From Ministeria vibrans ATCC 50519 (taxonomy: Eukaryota; Protista; Filasterea), in NCBI GenBank assembly GCA_943704425.1, contig CALSCP010000905.1, positions 63,253 through 127,252 of the forward strand: DNA of 64,000 bases. Direction: 5' to 3'. Below the pieces are notes generated by a model that did no database searches, was not told where the DNA came from, and saw nothing but the letters and a program-made list of their open reading frames with translations. Numbering within the stretch: the first letter of the stretch is position 1; every line of letters starts with the position of its first letter. Below, one piece after another: positions 1 to 13,500 of this stretch. The position numbers and the translations under genes are program-made.

Positions 1-2639
1 TGCACTGTGCCAATACGTTCGTCTCGGTGCCACTGCACACCAGATCATCCAGGACAAAGGGAGGCGGAACAGCAAAGGGCTGCGGAAACTGAGATTCGAC
101 AAAGGCCGTGGGAGATGAGGTAGGCAAACCCATAGAGGCGCACACGGCGCGTGCGGTGCCACGACTCGCTTGTGAAGATGAGAAGCCAGCGTCGTCGCAC
201 ACATAGCCCCACTCGCCGCTGAGCGACATTTGCAAGAGACCTTCCAGGTCTGACTCGCAGCCCACAAGGCGAAATGTGCCATCAGGTGCGCTGGTTACAA
301 GAGAGGGCACCACGCTACTTGCAGCACACGTTCCAACAGGAACACCGCTTGCCTCAACCGTGGCATTCTCACAGCGTAGAGCTACATCATCAGCATGTGT
401 ACACGCACCAGGACCCACAGAGTAGGAGCAATCAAACAGCGTGCCTTCGTCGCCTTGGCAATTTAGCGTCGCTACCTGAACGGGACCATCGTGGACCGAG
501 GCAAAAGGATCGGCCGCCACAACTGTGGCACCACTAAAATCCAGGCCCATTTGGCGGCACGCCACTTGCGGTGCCGCCGAACCCGCGCCCCAGCCATCCT
601 TACACACCGTGCCCCACTCCGCATTGACAACAATCTGCAAAAGACCCTCGGCCTTTGAGAGACCGCCCACAAGACGAAGTGAACCGGGACTGCTTGTGGT
701 CGACAGGGTCACCATCGTTGACTGAGGACCAGGCATGATCGTTGTCAACGCATCGGTGTCAGCGCCACAGAAAAGACCCACGTCCTGCGCATGACTACAG
801 CTTCCCGCTCCCGTCACATGCGTGCACGCCAACAGACTCGTNNNNNNNNNNNNNNNNNNNNNNNNNNNNNNNNNNNNNNNNNNNNNNNNNNNNNNNNNNN
901 NNNNNNNNNNNNNNNNNNNNNNNNNNNNNNNNNNNNNNNNNNNNNNNNNNNNNNNNNNNNNNNNNNNNNNNNNNNNNNNNNNNNNNNNNNNNNNNNNNNN
1001 NNNNNNNNNNNNNNNNNNNNNNNNNNNNNNNNNNNNNNNNNNNNNNNNNNNNNNNNNNNNNNNNNNNNNNNNNNNNNNNNNNNNNNNNNNNNNNNNNNNN
1101 NNNNNNNNNNNNNNNNNNNNNNNNNNNNNNNNNNNNNNNNNNNNNNNNNNNNNNNNNNNNNNNNNNNNNNNNNNNNNNNNNNNNNNNNNNNNNNNNNNNN
1201 NNNNNNNNNNNNNNNNNNNNNNNNNNNNNNNNNNNNNNNNNNNNNNNNNNNNNNNNNNNNNNNNNNNNNNNNNNNNNNNNNNNNNNNNNNNNNNNNNNNN
1301 NNNNNNNNNNNNNNNNNNNNNNNNNNNNNNNNNNNNNNNNNNNNNNNNNNNNNNNNNNNACGTGCCACCCACGAGACGAACAGAGCCGGCTACGGCGGTT
1401 GAAATGGATTCCGGTGTGAGCTGAGTTGTCGTAGCTAGAGACGTGGCCTCATTGACGGGGCCATTTCCAGAACAAAACAGACCCACATCTTGAGTGTGTG
1501 AGCAACTTCCAGGACCTGGAGAGTGCGGACAATCCCAGAGGGTTGTTTCGGAGCCCGAACATTGCAGCGAGGAGAGCTGAATTGGACCTCTGTTGGCCAA
1601 AGGGACTGTGGGCATGGGTACGACAAGAGGACTGCCGTCGGGAAGTCCCATCTGGAGACAGGCAATAGACGGCGCACGTGAGCTCAATTCCCAGCCTGAG
1701 GCGTCGCAAACGGTTCCCCACACACCATTGGAGAACACTTGCAGAAGCCCATTGTTTTCTGAGGTTCCGCCCACGAGTCGAAGGGAGCCAGTCGTTGTCA
1801 ACGTGCTCTGAGAGGCCTCCGGCTCGACAACAGCAGAATTTGTGGGCTCCAGAGCAAATAAAACTGTGCTCTCGTCGGGCGAGTGGCTCGCAATCGTCGC
1901 AGAGGGAAGCTCACAGCGGACTCCGACGAGGTCGGTCGCCTCGCAATCGCCCGGTTGTGTGTGCGAACAGTCGACGAGGCGCTGCTCCATCCCAGTACAC
2001 TCAACAGCTTTGTAAGCTGGCGTCACCACAGAGCCAAGAACAGCGGGAAGTGGGTCGGTCGCTGCGGGGGCAGCATAGCCGAGTTGACGACAGGCAACAC
2101 TGACGTTGGTGACGTTGAAAGGCGACGCTGTCCACGACGCACGGCACACCGGCGCCCAAGTGCCCCCAATGATCACTTCAACCCGGCCAGATTGCGCGTC
2201 CACACCGTCGGCCAGGCGCAACGAGAAGTCAGGTTCGGCTCCAGTCGGCGGAGACGGCGCGACCGCAGTGCACAGCACGGCGGCAAACGTCTGCGCGTCG
2301 CTGGGCGAGCACGTACCGGCGGACACGGTGTGGGCGCAGTCCGACAGCCTCACCTCACTCCCATCGCACTGGAAGTTGCTGAGAGTCGCGCTGAGGACAA
2401 ACGGCTGCGGCGACGACGGCACAAGCGCGGCCGGGACGCTGCGCGCGGCCGAGAAGGGTAGGCCGAGTTCGCGACAGACGACGATTGCGTCTGTGTCGCT
2501 CCAGCCGTCGTTGCAGATCGCCCCCGTGGTCGGGAAGGGTCCGCTGAGGTCGAATGTGGTCACGACACCCAGCGACCCCGGCAGGATTGCATTGAAGGCA
2601 CCGACAGCGTTGACAACAACCGCAAAACCGAAAATCACC
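1..2639 (-). CDS. Multi-SRCR (scavenger receptor cysteine-rich, DMBT1-like) extracellular protein; at least 6 SRCR domains; first exon not located, 3' end outside the window
   Basis: Manual minus-strand translation is open on both sides of the 842-1359 gap. It shows repeated SRCR signatures: LRLVGGLSKAEGLLQIVVNAEWGTVCKDGW..ACRQMG..LNCQGDEGTLFDC..CTHADDVALRC; LRLVGGTSENNGLLQVFSNGVWGTVCD; LRLADGVDAQSGRVEVIIGGTWAPVC; FRLVGCESDLEGLLQMSLSGEWGYVCDD. Ser/Thr-rich linkers lie between domains. A polypyrimidine tract plus AG acceptor at ~2640 precedes hydrophobic VIFGFAVVVNAVGA. Confidence 0.9.
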
Positions 2640-4527
2640 CTAGGCCGCAAAAAGGAAAGAAAAAAATGAATAAAGTTTGATGAGAGTGATTTTTTGTTTG
2701 TTTTATATATAATTGTATCGTTATATTAAAAAGAGCTGGAACACGTCTCATGACATATTCGGTGGCAAAATAATAAACATTGGCACGGCAGCAACCCCAA
2801 CGCCGGTTATGATTTTTGTATATTTGTTATGAATGATAATATTATGAACAATATTCACTTCATCCACAGCAGTCCCAAGGGTTTCCGCTGAACGGTTCGA
2901 CAGAGCACGTAATAAAATTTTCACCATTGCTAGCCGCTAGGCATCACACTGGCCAAACGTCTGTCGCACTGCCAAATTTTTAATTTTGTTGGTGCGAAAA
3001 TTGACTCTCTCTCTCTTTGGGTTTCGGTCAAAACGAAATAAACTGCGCGATATATCGCCTGGGGTTAGAACGACACATAGGGTGTTGACCAATGGTTATT
3101 GTCGTCTGTTGGCCCTGGTCTGGGTCTCGCTAGTGCGCTGTGTGGCTGACGGGACGAGATACTCTGGAAGAAGTCAATTCGAACCTCATTAAAAATGCAG
3201 CAACACTAAAGCCGGCGAGCGGCAAGTCTACACCCCTCATGAAACACGTAGTCTGAGTAAATATAACACCCCTTGGAAGCGTTAAAAAAGTGAAACCCAC
3301 AATAAGAGGCAAACCCACAAAAGAAAAATTATGTTTCCGTTTGTATATCCAACCATTTGTGGGAGTTGACCACGCCAAGGACCCGCAAGAAGGTGCCTGC
3401 ACGCGGTACGGTGTAAGAGGAGTATTAAACTCCTGTATGAATGGCTATCGGGCATGGAGGTGCCCATGTTCTGCACTTGTGTGTGTGTCCCGTGGTTGGA
3501 AAATGGCCCACAAACAGAACACAAACAATCGCTCTGCGTGCCCTACGCCCTACGCCGTCGTTGCTTCGTCAAACCCGGCTGGCAGCCACACTAGATTTAG
3601 TAGAAGACTTAGATTTCGAGTTGATGGCAATAATGGGGGAGGAGAGGAGGTGAGTTTGGGAAAAGAGGGATGACTTGCAGAACATTGCGGGTTTCATCGT
3701 TGGGTGTACCCTGTGCCATCCCCACTTTCCTCCGCCCTGCTGATCAGATTTATTCTTCTTCACCTCTTCCAATATTGCAAGGTACGCTGCGTAATACTGT
3801 TTGCTAGAGAAGAGGAGGGCGGGAGGATAGAGGGAGGGCTTGGAGAGAGGTGGAGAGAATGAAGGTCTACCGTTTCTCTACTTCCGACTTCTTTGATGTG
3901 TGAGGGCGTTGTGTTTGATGTACCATATGGATGATCTGCATGTAACTAACCCCGGCTCTCAGTTGCTCAGCGAGGCCGAGTATTGAGACGAATAAACTCA
4001 TAAAGTTTGAAGTGTAACAAACGAACCACAAACCCGCAAACTCGTCTGCAACAATTTTCCTCAATGCAACAGCTGTTTGCGCGGCTGCTCCCCTCCATCC
4101 TCTCTCATCAGAGACGTGGCAAGATATCTATGGACTATGAGCTCCTTTCGGGGCATTTTCATGTAGCATGCTCTGTTTTGTTTTGTGTGAAACTGGGGGT
4201 TTCGGACTTGAACAATCATAAAAATTAATAATAATAATATAATAATAATAATAATAATAATATATTATTATTGAGTTCCATTGTTATGAAAGTACGTGTG
4301 CGTGCGTGTGCCATATAAGACTACTAATAGAGCTAGAGTGTGAATGTGTCTTTCGGTTTACAAAGTCGTTGTTGAGAAAATGCTGTGCAACTCTCCATAA
4401 TAATAATAATTTTTTAATAATTTTAATAATAATAATAATTATTATAATTATAGTCACATTAAAAATTATACTATTTGTCTGGTGAGTGCAATATACTCAT
4501 TCGTTCTTCTTCCACGTTTAGTCTAGA

Positions 4528-7500
4528 ATGATCTCGACGCTTCTTCTTGTGGTCATCTGCTTGGGTCGCGAAGTAGCGGCTCAATACTACTACAAACCGT
4601 ATGCAAAGCACCCGTCAAACAACAGAGCCTTTTGCATCTTCTTTAATTTTTTATCCTTTAAGATCTGTCGATGGAGTTTGCTCGTCCAATTACTGCGAAT
4701 ATCGATACAGGTGATTTACCAAAAAAATGTTCATAACAATAATATTATTATTATCATTATAATAATGATTTTTTTTTCTTCCTAGTCAAACTCTTTGTTT
4801 GTACTGTCCTACGTACGGCACTGGCTCAACCTACTGCGACGACTGTCCAGCGGGATACTACAACAATCCCAATCGGTGCTATTGCACAGCAACACAAGCG
4901 GGATACGTAATAATTATGAGAAAATTGTAGTTGATAAGGAGTTGATAATAATTCCAATTTTTGAAATTTCCCTTTTGTGCTTTTGGTAGTACTCAACCGG
5001 TACAGGCATTCGATATGCCTGCTCGACTTGTCCTTACGGAGTTTCTAAAGGTGAACAACACAAAATTTACTGTAATTAAACTGATCCCACATCTGTTTCA
5101 TTTTCTCACTCAGCGTGCACTTCGACCACAAATACCGTTTGCAACCCGATTAGCTACTACAAAGCGTATATAATAGTGCCAATATAACGCCCCGATAACC
5201 ATTACTGACTTATTGTTTTTGTGTACTCTCATTTCAGGTCAACTGAGGGCATTTGCAATTCCTACCCAAACTTTTGCGAATATCGATCAAGGTCAGTTGA
5301 TAGTAATAATAATAATTATTATTATTAATGATCGCGGCTTATAAATGAATTATTATTAATAATTATATCTTTAATCCTGTCTGATGGACACAGCCAAACT
5401 TTGTGTCTCAACTGCGGCTACTATGGAAGCGGGTAAGCGGAGTACTAATTATTAATTTATAATTATTCCAATAATAATAAAAATATTATTCTTATTTTAC
5501 CTAGGAGCACTTACTGTGATAATTGTCCTCCCGGATACCGCGACAATGGCAACCGGTGCAACTGCGTTGCTTGCTCGGCGGGCCAGGTATTCAAGACAAA
5601 AGTTCAACAAGACACTCTAATTGTCTCACGTCATTCATTTTGTACAGTACTCCACTGGCACGGGTGTCTGCTACGCCTGGACCAACTGTGTGGCGGGTAG
5701 CACCTACCAGACAACCGCGCCGTCGGCTACGCAGAATCGCGTGTGTGCCGCCTGCACCAATTGTGGAGCTCAAGGTGTACAGACAGGTTTGATGCATACA
5801 TAAACAGAATAGTTAGAATAGAAATAATTTTAATACGCTTGAAATGCTTTTGCGCAGCATGCACGACCACTACCAACACCGTGTGCCTACCGACGTCTTA
5901 CAACAAAGGGTATGCATATGTCAGATTTAAGCGTGTACACTGAAATTCACACTCTTGCTTATTGTAGAACGGTGGATGGTGTGTGCAAGGCGAACCATTG
6001 CGAATACACCGCATCGTACGACATCTTTACCCGCCGGAGTTTTGCGTTTCTCATTTTTTTTTTGAAATAGACAAACACTGTGTCTCAACTGTGGATACTA
6101 CGGCACTTCGACGAGTACGACTGTCTCAAGCACTCTCTCGTCGCTCAAATCACCGTCTCATCAAGCTTTTCTTTTCTTTTGTCTTTTTGTGTCTCTTTGC
6201 AAACACACAATACAACAGCGTACTGCACGAACTGCCCTGCAGGATACCGCAACAATGGCAACCGGTGCAACTGCGTTGCTTGCTCGGCGGGCCAGGTATT
6301 CAAGACAAAAGTTCAACAAGACACTCTAATTGTCTCACGTCATTCATTTTGTGCAGTACTCCACTGGCACGGGTGTCTGCTACGCCTGGACCAACTGTGT
6401 GGCGGGTAGCACCTACCAGACAACTGCGCCGTCGGCTACGCAGAATCGCGTGTGTGNNNNNNNNNNNNNNNNNNNNNNNNNNNNNNNNNNNNNNNNNNNN
6501 NNNNNNNNNNNNNNNNNNNNNNNNNNNNNNNNNNNNNNNNNNNNNNNNNNNNNCATTTTGTGCAGTACTCCACTGGCACGGGTGTCTGCTACGCCTGGAC
6601 CAACTGTGTGGCGGGTAGCACCTACCAGACAACTGCGCCGTCGGCTACGCAGAATCGCGTGTGTACCGCCTGTACAGCGTGCGCTACGGGCGTGACCACA
6701 GGTAATGCTCATTTACACGATACTAAGACATCGTAAATATTATATTAATAATTATAAATTATTATGCCTCCTTCTTCGTATGTTTGTTTTCTTCTTCTTA
6801 TATTCTTAGCGTGCACAACCACAAAAGATACCGTGTGCAACGGTTGTCGCAAAGGATACTGTCTGGGTACCACAAATTATGGGACCTATGAGCCCTACTA
6901 CTACAAGTACGTCTTTGCAAAAGCCTATTATTATTTTTCTATTATCAATTTATATAAATTAATAATTATTTTTGTTTTGTTTTTATTATTATTGTTTTTG
7001 TTATTATTGTTTTTATTATTATTGTTTTTATTGTTTTTATTATTATTATTATAATAATTATTATTATTATTCTTTATGACTCCCGACTTTTTTGAATTCA
7101 TAGTTACGGTACCGGGACATGCCTTTCATGTGCTCAATACGGCGACACCTACTGCAATGTTTGTTCACCGGGCTATGGCACTTCGAACACGGACTACTGC
7201 AACTGTCTCGCGTGCGGCCCTGGCAAGCGTTCGCTCAGCAACATTTGCCAGGCGTGTCCAGCGGGCACGTTCAGTACAGGAGCGGCAAACACGGCGTGTG
7301 CCACTTGGCGTACATGTGCCGCTGGGACATATCAGTCGGTGGCACCAACGGCTTCGCGTGATCGCACGTGCTCCAGCTGCACTACATGCACATCGACACA
7401 GTATCTTGTCACGGCATGCACTGCCACTGCTAATGCAGTCTGCGCCGCTTGTGGCGGAGCCTGCGCGGCGGGAACATATCTTTCGCGTGCATGCTCCTCC

Positions 7501-10500
7501 ACTGCCAATCGCCTCTGCTCGCTCTGTACAACGTGTGTGTCGGGAAGTCAATACGAGACTCGTGCTTGCACTGCGACTCAAAACCGACTGTGCTCTGCGT
7601 GCTCGCCGACCTCGTGCGGTGCCAACACCTACCAAACCACTGCGTGTACTCCCACGACCAACCGTGTTTGTTCCACTTGTCGCACAACCTGTGCCGCGGG
7701 GACGTACGAATCCACAGCGTGCACCAGCACAACCAACCGTGTGTGTACTACATGCACTGCTGCATGCAGTGGAAACACCTACCAAACCACTGCGTGTACT
7801 GCAACAACCAAGTAAGCGAACCTTTTTGATCAATTTCCATACTAATTTATTTACACTGCAACAACAATAATAAGCATAATAATAATAATAATAACATTTG
7901 ATATAAATTATTTTATTATTATCATTATTATTGTTGTTCTTATTATTATAATTATATAATTCATGTCTCACTCGCCATTATTTCTTGTGTGTTTCCTCTC
8001 AATTTCAGTCGTGTGTGCAAAACATGCACTGCGTGTGCGTCAAACCAGTACCAAACGCGAGCTTGTAGTAGCACACTCAATCGACTGTGTGCTCTCTGTG
8101 GTGGCACCTGCGGAGCTGGAACCTACTTGAGCTCAGCGTGCACTGCGACCGCGGATCGGTAAGGAATTCACGCCCGACCGCAAACAAGACAATTACTTTC
8201 TTCTTATCCTATTTTTTTTTTTTGACGTTTCTTTCTTCAAGGGTGTGTTCCTCATGCACTACGTGCTCCTCCACGCAGTACCAAACGACCGCGTGCAGTG
8301 CCACGCAAAATCGCATCTGCGCTACTTGCAGAACGTGTGTAACGGGACAGTATCAAACATCCGCTTGCTCTCTCACTGCCAATCGCGTGTGTGCTACATG
8401 CTCTACTTGTACCTCTTTGCAGTACCAGACAAGTGACTGCACGGCCACAGCAAATCGCGTTTGCGCCACCTGCTCGGTTTGCACAAGCGGCACCTACCAA
8501 ACGGTCGCCTGTGGTGGCACCCAAAATCGCGTGTGCAAAGCTTGCCGTATTGCCTGCACGTCGGGCACGTACGAGAGTGCCTCGTGTACCGCCACAAGCG
8601 ACCGAGTCTGCTCCACATGCCGTACCTGCGCGGTTGGAACCTACGAGACCACCGCGTGTACCGCGAGCACAAACCGCGTGTGTTCTTCCTGTCAGGCCAC
8701 GTGCGCCAGCGGTACCTACGAGTCAACCGCCTGCACATCCACCTCGAACCGTGTTTGCTCCACCTGTCGAGCCACTTGTACTGCCGGCTTCTACGAGTCG
8801 ACCGCTTGCACGGCAACCACAAATCGAGTGTGCTCCTCATGCATTGCTTGTGCTAGCGGTCAGTATCAGTCTGTTGCATGCTCCGCAACCCAAAATCGAG
8901 TGTGTCTACCTTGCCGCAGTGCTTGCACCGCAGGTACCTACGAGTCAACAACATGTTCGTCGACAACCAACCGTGTGTGCTCCACTTGTCGTGGTCCTTG
9001 CACTGCGGGCACGTACCAGGTGATCGGGTGCACCCCGACAACGAATCTGTACTGTGCCTCGTGTCGTTCGTCATGTGGTGCAAACACATATGAGTCGACG
9101 GCGTGCACTGCCACGTCGAACCGGGTATGCTCTACCTGCACTGCCGCCTGTGGTGCAGGTACCTTCGAAACCACTGCCTGTACAGCAACGACAAATCGGG
9201 TCTGCACTTCGTGTCGAGCGCCTTGCGGTACGGGCACGTACGAATCGACAAGCTGTTCTGCCAGTTCCAACCGTGTGTGCACGTCATGTCGCAGTGCATG
9301 CGCAAGTGGCACATACGAAAGCACAGCGTGCACTGCAACCACCAATCGAGTCTGCTCCAGCTGTAAAACATGCATGGTGGGTCAATTTGCAGCCACTGCA
9401 TGTACTTCCACCTCTGATACGGTCTGCCAAGGCTGCAGGGCGGCGTGCTCTGGCGAATATTACGAGTCGACCGCTTGCACAATCTCCTCCAATCGAGTGT
9501 GCTCACCGTGCTTGGCCTCTTGTGTTGGAGAGAAATATGAGACGCGCGCATGCACTTCGACCACAAATCGCGTTTGTACAACATGTACAAGTGAGTGCAG
9601 CGGCGAGACGTACGAGACGACGGCATGTTCGAGCACTGTCAATCGCGTGTGCAGCGCATGTCGAGCCAAATGTGCGACGGGCTATTTTGAGGCGCGCGGA
9701 TGCACTTCCCTGCTCGACCGTGTCTGCCAAAAGTGCTCCGCTTGCGCAGCCGGCTACAGTATTCGCGTGGGAACTTGTACAGGCAGTATCGACGCCACTT
9801 GCGACGATGTGGCCTCACCCGTCTTCACGTCGTGTCCCTCCAATGTGGCCGGTGTCACAAACGTGGGCGCCACCGGTACGGTGACATGGGTCGCGCCGGT
9901 CGCAACGGATAACTCGGGATCCTCACCGACTATCACTGGCACTGCGACTTCGGGTTCGACAAAGTTTCCTCTTGGCTCAACAGGCGTTTCTTTTGTCGCC
10001 ATCGATGCCGCTGGAAACTCGGCCACTTGTTCATTTACTGTGACTATTTCAGACAACGTTAAACCTGTGATTAGCGGCTGTCCCTCGTCACGAACGCTAA
10101 ACACATCACCGGGCGCCAACACAGGCACTGCCTCGTGGACTGCACCCACCGCGACCGACAACATTGCAGTGACGTCGCTCACCAGCACGCACTCGTCGGG
10201 CTCTGCGTTCCCCGTGTCCGCACCCACAACGGTGACATACACTGCAGTTGACGCCGCCGGCAACACCGCCACCTGTTCCTTCCCTGNNNNNNNNNNNNNN
10301 NNNNNNNNNNNNNNNNNNNNNNNNNNNNNNNNNNNNNNNNNNNNNNNNNNNNNNNNNNNNNNNNNNNNNNNNNNNNNNNNNNNNNNNNNNNNNNNNNNNN
10401 NNNNNNNNNNNNNNNNNNNNNNNNNNNNNNNNNNNNNNNNNNNNNNNNNNNNNNNNNNNNNNNNNNNNNNNNNNNNNNNNNNNNNNNNNNNNNNNNNNNN

Positions 10501-13500
10501 NNNNNNNNNNNNNNNNNNNNNNNNNNNNNNNNNNNNNNNNNNNNNNNAGCCAACGGTGACGTGTCCGGCCAACATTGCATTGACATCGCAGTCCAACGGC
10601 GGTCCCACATCGTCGGTTGCGACCTGGTCTCCCATTGCAACCACAGACAACTCGGGCGGTGTCGTGACGGTTACAAGCACATTCGCGAGCGGGGATGCAT
10701 TTCCTGTCAACGTCCAGACGACAGTGGTTGTAAGCGCCGCCGATCCCTCTGGAAACGTACAGAGCTGCTCGTTTACCGTAACGGTTGTGGATAATCACCC
10801 GCCGGTCATTGAAAACTGTCCAAGCGATCTGTCGGTTGGAACTGACGCGCAGAACTACTGTTTTGCCGAGTGGGAGGCACCTACGGCATCCGACAACGTG
10901 GGAATTGACCGTGTCACTGCGTCCGCAACCTCGGGGTCAACGCGTTTTGCGCTGGGTGTTAGTGGTGTGCTGATCACCTTTGTTGACGTGAACGAACTAA
11001 GTAGCTCGTGCACTTTCAACGTCCTCTGTAACGACAATGCAACGCCTGTGATCAGCGATTGCCCCGCAGCCCAGTCAATCAACACATCGCCGGGCGCCAA
11101 CACAGGCACTGCCTCATGGACTGCACCCACCGCGACCGACAACATTGCAGTGACGTCGCTCACCAGCACGCACTCGCCGGGCTCTGCGTTCCCCGTGTCC
11201 GCACCCACAACGGTGACATACACTGCAGTTGACGCCGCCGGCAACACCGCCACCTGTTCCTTTGNNNNNNNNNNNNNNNNNNNNNNNNNNNNNNNNNNNN
11301 NNNNNNNNNNNNNNNNNNNNNNNNNNNNNNNNNNNNNNNNNNNNNNNNNCGCGGTGGCTCTGAGTGTGGCGACGGCCACGGACAACGTCGGAGTGACGGC
11401 CGTGACGAGTGACACTGCGTCGCCAGCGACACTGCCAATTGGCACGACGACCATCACCAACACGGCGACTGATGCGGCGGGCCACGCCACATCGTGCACG
11501 TACACGGTGACGGTGGTCGACGACGAGAAGCCAACGGTGACGTGTCCGGCCAGTTGGAGTGTCCCTACAGATATCGACAAGCCAAATGCAGTCGTCACCT
11601 TTGCCTGGGCGGCGTTGGACAATGATGCGATAGCTTCTACATCCGCAACACCCCCTTCGGGTTCAGTGTTCCCCCTGCACGCCTCCACGGTGAATATTGT
11701 TGCAGTTGACACCTCTGGCAATTCTCAAGCCTGCTCCTTTGTGGTGACCGTTGAAGATACCCAACGTCCCGATGTGACCAACTGCCCCGAGTCGGTGACG
11801 TTGTCAACGGATGTCGGTTTGCCCTCCCGACACGTTCCCATCACGCCGCCGACCATGTCAGACAATGTTGGTGTCGTGGAAAGTGGTGTTCTGGGTCGCC
11901 CCGTCAATGATACATTCCCTCTTGGCTCAACAACAGTCTCCTACGCTCCCATCGATGCAGCCAGCAACGTCAACAATTCGTGTGTTTTTGTGGTGACCAT
12001 TGAAGACCGCGAGTCGCCCAAGTTCCCCGCCGGCTGTCCCTCCAACATCACCTTGAACACCGATGAAGGTGTTTCGTACGTAGCCAGCGTCCCTTTCAGC
12101 ACGCCCGCCACGCAGGACAACGTCGCTGTCACGTCCATCACACCGTCCATTGCGAGCGGCTCACGGTTTGATTTTGGCACGACCAGTGTCGAGTTTGTTG
12201 TCAGTGATGCGGCAGGAAACCAGCAAAGCTGTAGCTTTGCTGTGACCGTGCTGGACGCGGAGAAACCTTCGATTACTTGTCCCGCCAATATTTTCGTCGA
12301 CACTGACGTGGGTGTGAACACCAAGGCGGTGAGCTGGGTGCTTCAAACCAGCGACAACGTGGCCATGGCGTCGACATCGTCGACTCCCTCGCCAGGCACC
12401 ATCTTTGACGTAGGACTCACGGTGGTGAACGCCATGGCAATGGACACATCAGGCAACAGCGCGAGTTGTTCGTTCCTTGTCACGGTTGCCGACGTTGAGA
12501 AACCCACGGTGAGCGGCTGTCCTAAAACTCCCGTGATCCAGATTAGCACGAGTGATGCAAGCACCAACGGCAGTGCTGTGACGTGGAGCCCACCGACTGC
12601 AGTTGACAACGATGCCATTGCGAGCGCTCAAGTGTCAGCACAGCCCGGCAGTCACTTCCCAATTGGCACATCAGGCGTGACGTATACCTGGGTGGACCTC
12701 AGCGGCAACCGAGCAGTCTGTTCTTTTGAGGTGATTGTCTACGACACTCACGCGCCCGTCTTTGCAAACTGCCCCACGACAGACTATGTCTTGCTGATCA
12801 CCAACAGCTCGTCGAGCACCCATCTCTTTGAGGTGCCCAACGTGATCGCCGAGGATAACACCAACAGTACGCTTTCGTATAACTTTGCACCACACAACTC
12901 GGGCGAGCTCGTGGCCCTACCACTCGGCGTGACGCTGTTCAACATTTCGGCCAATGATGATGATGGCAACACTGCCTGGTGTGTGTTCCGCGTGGACGTC
13001 CGCGACCGAGCACCGCCCATCGTGGTCTGTCCACCTTCACAAGTGAATGTGACTTCAACGTCGGACGCAAGTGAGACGACTGCGGTGGCCTCGTGGACCG
13101 CAGCGACGGCAACCGACAACGACGGTACTCCGCCTGTTCGCACGTCCACGCACGAGAGCGGCGATGCCTTTCCCTTGGGTGTCACCAACGTCGTGACGCG
13201 CTTTACCGATCTCGCGCAAAACGAAGCTTCGTGTCACATTGTCGTTACCGTCTTGGACACGCATGCGCCCGAGTTCACATCGTGCCCCGTCTCGTTCTCA
13301 CAGGCGACCGATGCCTCGCTCAACACTGCAATCGTGTCATGGTCACAAGCAACGGCAACCGACAACTCGGGGGTGCTGACGGTGAGCTCGACACACGTAC
13401 CGGACACAACGTTTGCTCTTGGTCCCACCACTGTCGTGTATACTGCAGTGGACGCCGCGGGAACAGTTGCAACGTGTTCGTTCGTTGTGACAGTTGAAGA

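Noticed and set aside
742-1424. ORFs made largely of X residues (also 33557-34879 and similar)
   Set aside because: Artefacts of translating through N gaps.
1678-2669. Plus-strand ORFs of 141-192 aa
   Set aside because: Antisense shadows of the SRCR coding frame.
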